A DNA stretch of 64,000 nt from Deltaproteobacteria bacterium. GTDB taxonomy: Bacteria > Myxococcota_A > UBA9160 > SZUA-336. Below the pieces are notes generated by a model. That model worked only from the letters and a program-made list of their open reading frames with translations. It did no database searches and had not been told where the DNA came from. Positions 9,787-17,125 of this stretch are shown piece by piece. The stretch is taken from assembly GCA_031396695.1 (NCBI GenBank), contig JANNLG010000171.1, forward strand, positions 6,053 to 70,052, written 5' to 3'. Numbering within the stretch: the first letter of the stretch is position 1; each line of letters starts with the position of its first letter. The position numbers and the translations under genes were made by a program.

Positions 9787-10616
9787 ATGTCGTAGGTCGG
9801 GTCGATCGAGCCCGACTCCGAATCCTTGTGCTTGACCTGGAGCTGCGGCGGCGTGATCTGCACGCGCGAGAAGGCCGGCACCGATTCGTGTAGCCAGACG
9901 TTGCCGCCGATCACCGAGCCCTCGCCGATCACGGTGTCGCCACCGAGGATGGTCGCGTTCGGGTAGATCGTGACGTCGTCCTCGATCGTCGGGTGGCGCT
10001 TCTTGCCGGAATCCAGCCTGCCCTGCTTGTTCGAGAACGCTCCGAGCGTGACGCCGTGGTACATCTTGACGCGGTTGCCGATCACCGCGGTCTCGCCGAT
10101 CACCACGCCCGTGCCGTGATCGATGAAGAAGTGGCAGCCGATCGACGCGCCGGGATGGATGTCCATGCCGGTCTTGCTCTTGGCGTGCTCGCTCATGATG
10201 CGCGCCGCGACCGGCGCGCCGAGTTCGTAGAGTACGTGCGCGATGCGGTAGGTCGAGACGGCGTACGCCGACGGATACGCGGCGATCACCTCCGCGTACG
10301 ACTTCGCCGCGGGATCTCCCTTGAAGGCGGCCTCGACGTCCATGCCCACGCAGTGCCGGATGTCCGGCAGATGCTCCAGGAACTTCGATGCGAGATCGGA
10401 GCCGATCAGCCCCGAGAGCAGGCCGTGCACGACTTCTAGATCGGAGTTGAGCCGCTCGTGCGGGGTCTGCTCCAGCACGATCGCGCGCAGATTCTCGAGC
10501 ACGTCGACCACCCGCCGGGTATCGGGGCAGGCCTGACGACGCGCAACGCTCACGGGATCGTTCTGATCGCGCTTGGCGATCAGATGATTCGCGATGGATT
10601 CGGTCAAGGTGGACAT
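9783..10616 (-). CDS. cysE: Serine O-acetyltransferase
   Basis: Hexapeptide-repeat C-terminus and SAT N-terminal domain. ATG at 10616 (MSTLTESIANHL). The stop shares the palindrome CTAG with the xthA stop. Confidence 0.85.
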   Translation of the reverse strand: MSTLTESIANHLIAKRDQNDPVSVARRQACPDTRRVVDVLENLRAIVLEQTPHERLNSDLEVVHGLLSGLIGSDLASKFLEHLPDIRHCVGMDVEAAFKGDPAAKSYAEVIAAYPSAYAVSTYRIAHVLYELGAPVAARIMSEHAKSKTGMDIHPGASIGCHFFIDHGTGVVIGETAVIGNRVKMYHGVTLGAFSNKQGRLDSGKKRHPTIEDDVTIYPNATILGGDTVIGEGSVIGGNVWLHESVPAFSRVQITPPQLQVKHKDSESGSIDPTYDI

Positions 10617-10728
10617 GTCTCGGACTCCCTTCACCTCTGACCTCCCGCCCCGGCGGAAGGTTACGCGTGGGCCCGGCATTTTCAAAGCGGGCCCGAAGCC
10701 CCATACTGGCCCGGCCTCTGGGGGGAGC

Positions 10729-11592
10729 GTGACCGAGTACAGCCACTCGCGCCTGTCGTCGTTCGAGAACTGCCCCCGCCAGTTCAAGTACCGCTACGTC
10801 GACCAGATCAAAGTCGACACCGAGGGCGTCGAGGCGTTCATGGGCAAGCGTGTCCACGAAATCCTCGAACGCCTCTACCACCACGTGGCGCGCAACGCGA
10901 AGCCGCCCAGCCTGGCGCAGGTGCTGGAGCGCTACAAGCAGGACTGGGAGCGGAGCTGGCACGCCAAGATCCAGATCGTGCGCAAGGAGAACTCGCCCGC
11001 GTATTACTCGGAGCGCGGCGCGCGCTGTCTGGAGAACTACTACCGCGGCCACTACCCGTTCACGAGCGGCGAAACGATCGCGCTCGAAGAGCGGCTGCGA
11101 CTCCGGCTCGACACCGATGGGCGTTACAAGATGCTCGGCATCGTCGACCGCATCGTGCGCACCGGCGACGGCGCGTTCGAGATCCACGACTTCAAGACCA
11201 GCGCGAACCTGCCGCAGCAGCGCAGCATCGACCGCGACCGCCAGCTCGCGCTGTACCAGATCGGGCTCGAGCAGACCTATCCCGACGTGAAGGAGGTCGA
11301 GCTGGTCTGGCACTACTTGATCCACAACAAGACGCTGCGCTCGCGGCGTTCGCCCGAGGCGCTGGTGGAACTGCGCCGGGCGACCATGGCGGTGATCGAC
11401 GCGATCGAGGCGGAGTCCGAGTTCCGCGCGCGGCCGGGGCCGCTGTGCCGCTGGTGCGACTACGCGAGCATCTGTCCCGAGGCGCCCGGGGCGGCGCGTT
11501 CGTCCGCTCCGGATCGGCCGGAGTTCGCCGCGCAGCTCGCGCCCGAGCCCGACGACGACTTCGGCCGCCAGCTCTCGCTGCTCGGGGATTGA
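10729..11592 (+). CDS. PD-(D/E)XK nuclease family protein (RecB/Cas4-like fold with C-terminal Cys cluster)
   Basis: N-terminal YSHSRLSSFENCPRQFKYRYVD motif. DxK core (EIHDFKTS). C-terminal CRWCDYASICP. GTG start at 10729, preceded by a G-rich stretch. Confidence 0.65.
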   Translation: MTEYSHSRLSSFENCPRQFKYRYVDQIKVDTEGVEAFMGKRVHEILERLYHHVARNAKPPSLAQVLERYKQDWERSWHAKIQIVRKENSPAYYSERGARCLENYYRGHYPFTSGETIALEERLRLRLDTDGRYKMLGIVDRIVRTGDGAFEIHDFKTSANLPQQRSIDRDRQLALYQIGLEQTYPDVKEVELVWHYLIHNKTLRSRRSPEALVELRRATMAVIDAIEAESEFRARPGPLCRWCDYASICPEAPGAARSSAPDRPEFAAQLAPEPDDDFGRQLSLLGD

Positions 11593-11605
11593 CGCCCGGC
11601 GGCCG

Positions 11606-12043
11606 ATGAGAACCGCAATGACACGGCTCCTGTGTCGCTGCATGGGGATGTCGAGCCAGTGCGTCGCGGATCGGGTCCGCGAGCGCGGACTCGGCGACGT
11701 GGAGTCGATCGCCGCGAGCCTTGGCGCGGGTGGCTGCTGCGGAAGCTGTCGACCCGACCTCGAGGAGATCCTCGCCGACCTGCGCGGGGAGCCATTGCCC
11801 GAACCCGTGCGCCGCGCCAACCGCCTGCGCGGCGAGGCCGAGGCCTTCCGCCGCGTGGAAGCCGTGCTGTTCGGCAGCATCGTCGCGCGCCTGCCGCCGG
11901 GCACGGAGCTCGAGCTCGTTTCCGTATCCGGTTTGCGCGCGGAGCTGCACGTTGCGCACGGGGACTCACCGGAGCTGCGCACGCTGGTCGCCGAACGCCT
12001 GCAGAAGCTCGTCTGCGTCGAGCTCGAGGTGCAGTTCCGCTGA
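11606..12043 (+). CDS. BFD-like (2Fe-2S)-binding domain protein with NifU-like C-terminal region
   Basis: N-terminal CRCMG...C...CCGSC BFD-like cysteine pattern. The C-terminus resembles the Nfu/NifU C-terminal fold. Confidence 0.6.
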   Translation: MRTAMTRLLCRCMGMSSQCVADRVRERGLGDVESIAASLGAGGCCGSCRPDLEEILADLRGEPLPEPVRRANRLRGEAEAFRRVEAVLFGSIVARLPPGTELELVSVSGLRAELHVAHGDSPELRTLVAERLQKLVCVELEVQFR

Positions 12044-12060
12044 TCGGGTAGACTGGCGCG

Positions 12061-12861
12061 ATGCGAGTCGAACGCATTCCGACGCTGCGCGACAACTACA
12101 CGTACCTGGTGATCGATCCGGCTTCGAACGAGGCGGCGGTGATCGACGCGCCGGAGGCCGCGCCGGTGATCGCGCGCGTCGCGAAGCTCGGGGTGCGCGT
12201 GACGAAGGTGATGTCGACGCACCACCACCTCGATCACAGCGGCGCGAATCCCGAGCTCGCCGCGCACTTCCGCGCGCCCGTGATCGGACACGCCTCCGAC
12301 GCCGCCCGCATTCCGGGCTTCACCACCGGCGTGGAGGAAGGCGAGCGCGTGCGCGTCGGCGCGCTCGAGGCCGACGTGCTGTTCATCCCGGCGCATACGC
12401 GCGGGCACGTCGCCTACGTGTTTCCCGGCGCCGTGTTCTGCGGTGACACGCTCTTCGCCGGCGGCTGCGGGCGGCTCTTCGAGGGCACCCCGCAGATGAT
12501 GCACGAGGCGCTGAACGTGAAGCTCGCGAAGCTCGCCGACGCGACGCTCGTCTACTGCGGGCACGAGTACACGGAGGCCAACCTGCGTTTCGCGCTCACG
12601 CTCGAGCCGGGCAACTCGGCGCTCGCCGCGCGCATCACGACGGTGAAGGCGCGCCGCGCGCACGCCGCGAGCGATTGGCACGACGCGACGGAGGCGGAGA
12701 TGACCGTGCCCTCGACGCTCGCCGACGAGCGCGCGACCAATCCGTTCATGCGTACGTCGGCGGCGGAGCTCGTCGCGAGCGTGCGCGCGCAGCTGCCCGG
12801 TACGTCGTCCGATCCCGTCAGCGTGCTCGGCGCGGTGCGCGCGCTGAAGGACAAGTTCTGA
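12061..12861 (+). CDS. gloB: Hydroxyacylglutathione hydrolase (glyoxalase II)
   Basis: Metallo-beta-lactamase motif THHHLDHSG and glyoxalase II C-terminal domain. 266 aa. Confidence 0.85.
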   Translation: MRVERIPTLRDNYTYLVIDPASNEAAVIDAPEAAPVIARVAKLGVRVTKVMSTHHHLDHSGANPELAAHFRAPVIGHASDAARIPGFTTGVEEGERVRVGALEADVLFIPAHTRGHVAYVFPGAVFCGDTLFAGGCGRLFEGTPQMMHEALNVKLAKLADATLVYCGHEYTEANLRFALTLEPGNSALAARITTVKARRAHAASDWHDATEAEMTVPSTLADERATNPFMRTSAAELVASVRAQLPGTSSDPVSVLGAVRALKDKF

Positions 12862-13508
12862 GCGAGCGCTGCTCATTCCTCGGGCTGTTCGCGTTGCTCT
12901 TGCTCTTGCCGATCGGTGCGTCCGCGGATCTCGGCCATCGACCGGAAGATCGGGTCACGCTCACACACGTCGACAACCAGGTCATCGCCGTCACCGCGTC
13001 GGGCTTCGCGGCGGTGCTCTCGAAGCTCGAGCTCGGCGAGTCGGTGATCGCGCTGCGCAGTCAGGGCAACGTCGGCGTCGCGGTCACGACGCGGCGCCTG
13101 CTCGCGATCCAGACCCGCGCCGCCAATTTCGTCGAGCTGCGCTACCGCGTTTCCGAGTCCGCGCCGAGCGAGCACGACCTGCAGGTGCGCGACGGCCTGA
13201 TCGTCGCCGCGTTCCCGGCGCGGATCCTCGCCTTCTCGCCGCAGATCGCCGCCTGGCAGGAGTTCGGGCTCGGGCCAGGCGAGAAGCCGATCGAAGTGAT
13301 CGCCGAGCAGAACGTCGCGGTGGTCGTCACGCCGCGCCGCGCGGTCGCGTTCTCGCCGCTCTCCGCCGGCTTCGTGCCTTATCCGCTGACGCCCGGCGAG
13401 GATCCGGAACGCAGCACGCTCGGCGACGACTCGATCACGCTGATCCTTCCGCACCGGGTGCTGATCTTCCGCGCGGGCGACTCGGCCTGGTCGAGCGTCA
13501 ATCGCTGA
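12858..13508 (+). CDS. Secreted repeat protein with five ~40-aa repeats. Start uncertain: CTG 12858 or TTG 12894.
   Basis: The sense frame has an N-terminal signal-peptide-like segment (FLGLFALLLLLPIGASA|DLG) and five repeats of the form hhVhhTxxRhhAF. The competing minus-strand ORF 12873..13712 is D/E/R-rich junk. Confidence 0.45.
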   Translation: MSERCSFLGLFALLLLLPIGASADLGHRPEDRVTLTHVDNQVIAVTASGFAAVLSKLELGESVIALRSQGNVGVAVTTRRLLAIQTRAANFVELRYRVSESAPSEHDLQVRDGLIVAAFPARILAFSPQIAAWQEFGLGPGEKPIEVIAEQNVAVVVTPRRAVAFSPLSAGFVPYPLTPGEDPERSTLGDDSITLILPHRVLIFRAGDSAWSSVNR

Positions 13509-13652
13509 GATTTCCGAGCTGTCGAGGCGTTGACGATAACCGTCACCGGACTGACGGATCTGGTCCACATCGGGCCCTGCAGCGAGGCCGCGACAGTGTC
13601 GCCAGGCTCGAATATCCGCGGACTTCGTCGCGTCTGGTGCGTATGGCATACG

Positions 13653-13669
13653 TTGGCACGCCTGATGCA
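13653..13669 (+). promoter_or_regulatory. Sigma-54 (RpoN) -24/-12 promoter
   Basis: TTGGCACG-cctg-ATGCA matches YTGGCACGr-N3-TTGCW. GG and GC are spaced 11 nt apart. The site lies 37 nt upstream of the ATG at 13706. Confidence 0.5.
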
Positions 13670-13705
13670 AATCCTCAGGCTCGAAACAGAGGGGAGCATT
13701 TCGGC

Positions 13706-13930
13706 ATGGCACTGGTCGCGCACACGCTCAGGAATTTCGAGTCCGCGGAGCAGATCGCGGAGCCCGGCCACCCCGAGACGCTCACCCTGCTCGACCTTGT
13801 TTCTGCAATCGCGGACGAGGCCGAGACCGACGAAGAGGTCGTCGCCACGATCCAGCATCTGATCGAGACTGGAAAGGTCACCCTGGTCGGGAACTTCCGC
13901 TCGAACGACGTCGGCCGACGCAAGGACTGA
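13706..13930 (+). CDS. Small acidic hypothetical protein (74 aa)
   Basis: ATG at 13706. Shine-Dalgarno (SD) sequence GAGGGGAG lies 9 nt upstream. The ORF sits in a lower-GC island. Sequence MALVAHTLRNFESAEQIAEPG...ETGKVTLVGNF. Confidence 0.45.
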   Translation: MALVAHTLRNFESAEQIAEPGHPETLTLLDLVSAIADEAETDEEVVATIQHLIETGKVTLVGNFRSNDVGRRKD

Positions 13931-13943
13931 GCGCCGCTCAGAC

Positions 13944-15086
13944 CTACAGAGCCTTCGCCGCCTCTTCGAGCGCGACCACCACGTGATAGACGCTGGTCGC
14001 GTTCTGCGCGTCCGAGATCACGCGCCCGTCGCGCGCGAGCTGCTCGAACCAGCCGTGCGTCTTGGGATCGACGTGACGAGCGAAGCAGTAGCGCAAGCCG
14101 GCTTCCAGCTCGCGCCGCGCGATCGCGTCGCCCGTCGCCCGCGCGCGCGCGGCCAGCGCCTTGACGCGCTCGGTCTGCGGCCACAGTCGCTTGGTCACGG
14201 CGAGCGTCCGGCCCTCGGCGTCGATCTGGTCGAAGACTCCGCCGTCGGTGTCGACGCCCAAGCGGCGGCCGAACTCGAAGAGCCGATCGGACAGCGCGCG
14301 CGCCGCGTCGCTCGGCGCGAGCGACTGCAACCGATCGAGCAGCCAGACCCACTCGAAGTGATGCCCGGGCTCGACGATGCGCCCGGCATCGCCCGCGAGC
14401 GGCCGCCAGTGGGAGTCGAAGTGTTCGCCGAGCGCGCCCGTGCGCGCGTCGAGCCAGCGCGCGCCGAGCAGCTCCACGAGCGAGCGCGCGTCGCGCAGCG
14501 CGCCGCTGTCGGGCGCGACCTCGGCCAGCACCAGTAGCGCCTCGACCAAGTGCATGTGCGGGTTCTGTCGCCGCGGCCCCGCGAGCGGCTGCCAGTCCTC
14601 GCTCGCGGTCTCGAAGAAGCCACCCGAAACGGGATCGCGCAGCCGTTCGCGCAGGAGCTCGAGCGTCGCGCTCGCCAGCCGCAGGGACTCCGGCTCGCCG
14701 CTTGCCCGGTGGTGCTCGGCGAGCGCGAAGATCGCGAACGCATGCCCGTACAGATCCTTGCGTCGGTCGAGCGGCGCGCCCGCCTCGTCGGTGGTGGTGA
14801 ACCAACCGCCGAAGCGCGGGTCCCAGAAACGCGCGTGCAGGAACTCGAGTCCGTGCGCCACCGCGTTTCGCGCCCACGCGCCGGCGCCAAGTTCCGACGC
14901 GCGCGTGAACGCGAAGATCTGGCGCGCGTGGACCAGGAGTCGCTTGTGACCGTCGGGCAGCGGCGCCAGATCGGGTCCGAGCCGGTTCCAGTAGCCGCCG
15001 CGGTTGCGATCGAGACCGTGCCGTTCCCAGAGCGGCAGCAGCTCGTCGACCAGATGCGCGCGCAGCGTCAGGCGCGAGTGCTGCAT
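13944..15086 (-). CDS. N-acylglucosamine 2-epimerase (AGE) superfamily protein
   Basis: ATG at 15086 (MQHSRLTLRAHLVDELLPLWERHG). (alpha/alpha)6-barrel AGE-family conserved motifs. 381 aa. Confidence 0.75.
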   Translation of the reverse strand: MQHSRLTLRAHLVDELLPLWERHGLDRNRGGYWNRLGPDLAPLPDGHKRLLVHARQIFAFTRASELGAGAWARNAVAHGLEFLHARFWDPRFGGWFTTTDEAGAPLDRRKDLYGHAFAIFALAEHHRASGEPESLRLASATLELLRERLRDPVSGGFFETASEDWQPLAGPRRQNPHMHLVEALLVLAEVAPDSGALRDARSLVELLGARWLDARTGALGEHFDSHWRPLAGDAGRIVEPGHHFEWVWLLDRLQSLAPSDAARALSDRLFEFGRRLGVDTDGGVFDQIDAEGRTLAVTKRLWPQTERVKALAARARATGDAIARRELEAGLRYCFARHVDPKTHGWFEQLARDGRVISDAQNATSVYHVVVALEEAAKAL

Positions 15087-15093
15087 CGCTCGC

Positions 15094-15435
15094 TCACGAC
15101 AGCGCGTCGGTGTAGGCCTCCGCGTTCCAACCGACCAGCAGCGTGTCGCCGACCACCAGCGCCGGCGCGCGCAGATTTCCGGTCGGCCCGAGGACGGCCT
15201 CGACGATCTCGTCGGGCGCTTTTCCGCCGGGCGTGAAGCTGCGCAGCGCTTTGCCTTTCGCCACGACAACGCGCCTCGCGGCCTTCACCAGCTTCGCGGC
15301 GTCGGCCTTGCCGAGCTTCTTGCTCGCAGAAACCGTCGCGACCGGCTCGATCTTCCTGGCGTCCAGAAACTTGGACGCTCGTTCGCAACTGGTTCAACCG
15401 TTGCGGTGGTAGTACCAGTCGATGCGCTTGGCCAT
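15094..15435 (-). CDS. Spx/ArsC-family thioredoxin-fold protein with in-frame TGA at codon 14. Candidate selenoprotein with a U-T-S-C redox motif.
   Basis: ATG at 15435 with SD GGAGG 9 nt upstream. In-frame TGA at 15394..15396. Readthrough gives MAKRIDWYYHRNG-U-TSCERASKFLDARKIEP..., which aligns with the Spx N-terminus ...SCTSCRKARAWLEEHDI. The C-terminus (LRAPALVVGDTLLVGWNAEAY) is typical of the ArsC/Spx family. Total length 113 aa. Confidence 0.55.
15359..15378 (-). other. Putative bacterial SECIS hairpin (7-bp stem, 6-nt loop AGUUUC)
   Basis: The mRNA sequence GCGUCCA-AGUUUC-UGGACGC begins 16 nt after the UGA. The loop G is about +24 nt from the UGA. Confidence 0.35.
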
Positions 15436-15475
15436 GCGATCCACCCTCCGATTCGGAGATCGAGCTTAGCAAGCG

Positions 15476-15697
15476 TCAGGCGGGGACGGACTCCCCGCCC
15501 GCGAGACAGACGCTCGGGGCGCGCTGGCGGCGCTCGCCGTGGGTCTCGGCGAGCAGATCGTGCACCGTCTCGCGGCAGCCGCCGCAGCTCGAGCCCGCGC
15601 CGCACATCTCGGCGACCTGACAGGGCGTGCGAGCGCCCGCACGCGCGGCGTGCTGGATTTCGCGGTCGGTCACGGCGTGGCAGCTGCACACGATCAT
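15476..15697 (-). CDS. bfd: Bacterioferritin-associated ferredoxin
   Basis: MIVCSCHAVTDREIQ...CGAGSSCGGC 2Fe-2S motif. 73 aa. ATG at 15697. Confidence 0.8.
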   Translation of the reverse strand: MIVCSCHAVTDREIQHAARAGARTPCQVAEMCGAGSSCGGCRETVHDLLAETHGERRQRAPSVCLAGGESVPA

Positions 15698-15718
15698 GAC
15701 CGACAGCCTACCTCGGAT

Positions 15719-15737
15719 GATAATGACAATCAATTAC
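15719..15737. promoter_or_regulatory. Fur box
   Basis: GATAATGACAATCAATTAC matches the consensus GATAATGATAATCATTATC at 15 of 19 positions. It lies in an AT-rich gap between the divergent bfd and lemA genes. Confidence 0.55.
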
Positions 15738-15776
15738 CAAGTTGCCGGCGGCGCATCTGGCGAATACCCTGGCGGC

Positions 15777-16367
15777 ATGAAAAACCCAAATCGTTCAATG
15801 GCTTGCGTTCTCGCCCTGCTGGCGTTGGCGGTCTCGGGCTGCGGCTACAACTCGATCCAGGGAGCCGACGAGAACGTCAAGGCCGCTTGGGCCGAGGTGG
15901 AGAACCAGTATCAGCGCCGCATGGACCTGATCCCGAATCTGGTCGCCACCGTGAAGGGTGCGGCGAACTTCGAGAAGGAGACGCTCGAAGCCGTGATCCA
16001 GGCGCGCGCCAGCGCGACCCAGGTGAAGATGGACGCGAGCGTGCTCGACGACCCGGAGGCGTTCAAGAAGCTGCAGGAGGCTCAGAGTTCGTTGTCGGGC
16101 GCGCTCTCGCGACTGTTGGTGGTTTCGGAGCGCTACCCGGAGCTGAAGGCGACCGCGGCGTTCAGAGACCTGCAAGCGCAGCTCGAGGGCACGGAGAATC
16201 GCATCACCGTCGCCCGCAAGCGTTACGTCGAGACGGTGGCCGAGTACAACAAGCTGGTGCGTTTCTTCCCGACCAACCTGACCGCGCGCTTCATCCTGGG
16301 CGTGGAGCCGCGGCCGACCTTCGAGGCCACGCCCGGCTCCGAGAAGCCGCCCGAGGTGAAATTCTGA
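15777..16367 (+). CDS. lemA: LemA family lipoprotein
   Basis: Lipobox LAVSGC and a typical LemA body (NVKAAWAEVENQYQRRMDLIPNLV). ATG at 15777. Confidence 0.85.
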   Translation: MKNPNRSMACVLALLALAVSGCGYNSIQGADENVKAAWAEVENQYQRRMDLIPNLVATVKGAANFEKETLEAVIQARASATQVKMDASVLDDPEAFKKLQEAQSSLSGALSRLLVVSERYPELKATAAFRDLQAQLEGTENRITVARKRYVETVAEYNKLVRFFPTNLTARFILGVEPRPTFEATPGSEKPPEVKF

Positions 16368-17125
16368 GCGCGAGCCCCGCGCGCGCCGCGCTGATCGTTC
16401 TCGCGCTCGTCGGTGTCGCGTTCGCTCGCGATGCGCGCGCGCTCGAGATTCCCGAGCTGCGCGCGCACGTGCTCGATCGCGCGGGTCTGTTGCCGACGCA
16501 GTCGGCGCAGTCGCTCGAGCGAACACTCAGCGACTTCGAGCGCTCGACCGGTCACCAGGTGGTGGTGCACGTCACGCCATCGCTCGAGGGGCTCGAGATC
16601 GAGGACTACTCGATCCAGACCGCCGAAGCCTGGAAGGTCGGCCAGCAGAGCCTCGACAACGGCGTGATCCTCACGGTCGCGCCGAACGAGCGACGCGTGC
16701 GGATCGAGGTCGGCTACGGGCTCGAGGGCGTGCTGCCCGACGCGCTCTCCGCGCGCATCGTGCGAGACGTGATCCTGCCCGAGTTCCGCGCGGGCCGGAT
16801 GGATCAGGGCGTGCTCGCGGGCACGCGCGCGATTCTCGGCGTGATCTCCGGCGAGGTCCTGCCGGTCCCCGCGCAAGGCGGTCGACCTGCGCCATCGAAG
16901 TGGATCGTGGGGCTCTGGATCGTGTTCATCGTCGTGATGCTCCTCTCGCGCGGCCTCTTCTTCGCGCCGCCGTTCGGTGGACCCGGCATGCGGCGCGGCC
17001 GGAGCTCGAGTGGAATGCCGCCGTTCGGCGGCGGTTTCGGGCGCGGTGGCGGGGGCTTCGGTGGCGGCGGATTCTCGGGTGGCGGCGGCGGCTTCGGCGG
17101 CGGCGGCGCGTCGGGACGCTGGTGA
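16364..17125 (+). CDS. TPM-domain (TLP18.3/Psb32/MOLO-1, YgcG-like) protein with Gly-rich C-terminal tail. Probable CTG start overlapping the lemA stop.
   Basis: Signal peptide MSASPARAALIVLALVGVAFA. TPM domain (HVLDRAGLL...TGHQVVVHVTPSL). C-terminal TM segment and GGGFGGGG tail. There is no ATG, GTG or TTG in frame upstream of the signal peptide. Confidence 0.7.
   Translation: MSASPARAALIVLALVGVAFARDARALEIPELRAHVLDRAGLLPTQSAQSLERTLSDFERSTGHQVVVHVTPSLEGLEIEDYSIQTAEAWKVGQQSLDNGVILTVAPNERRVRIEVGYGLEGVLPDALSARIVRDVILPEFRAGRMDQGVLAGTRAILGVISGEVLPVPAQGGRPAPSKWIVGLWIVFIVVMLLSRGLFFAPPFGGPGMRRGRSSSGMPPFGGGFGRGGGGFGGGGFSGGGGGFGGGGASGRW
17028..17112 (+). repeat. GGC/GGT-rich low-complexity coding repeat (Gly-rich tail of the TPM protein)
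   Basis: Encodes GGGFGRGGGGFGGGGFSGGGGGFGGGG. Confidence 0.6.

Noticed and set aside
8359-12876. 1505-aa minus-strand ORF
   Set aside because: Antisense to xthA, the PD-(D/E)XK nuclease gene and gloB. Low-complexity R/G/A composition.
12873-13712. 279-aa minus-strand ORF opposite the repeat protein
   Set aside because: D/E/R-rich with no hydrophobic core. The sense strand has a signal peptide and repeat structure.
15479-15499. GC hairpin GGCGGGGA-cggac-TCCCCGCC
   Set aside because: Lies inside the bfd coding region and has no U-tract, so it is not a terminator.
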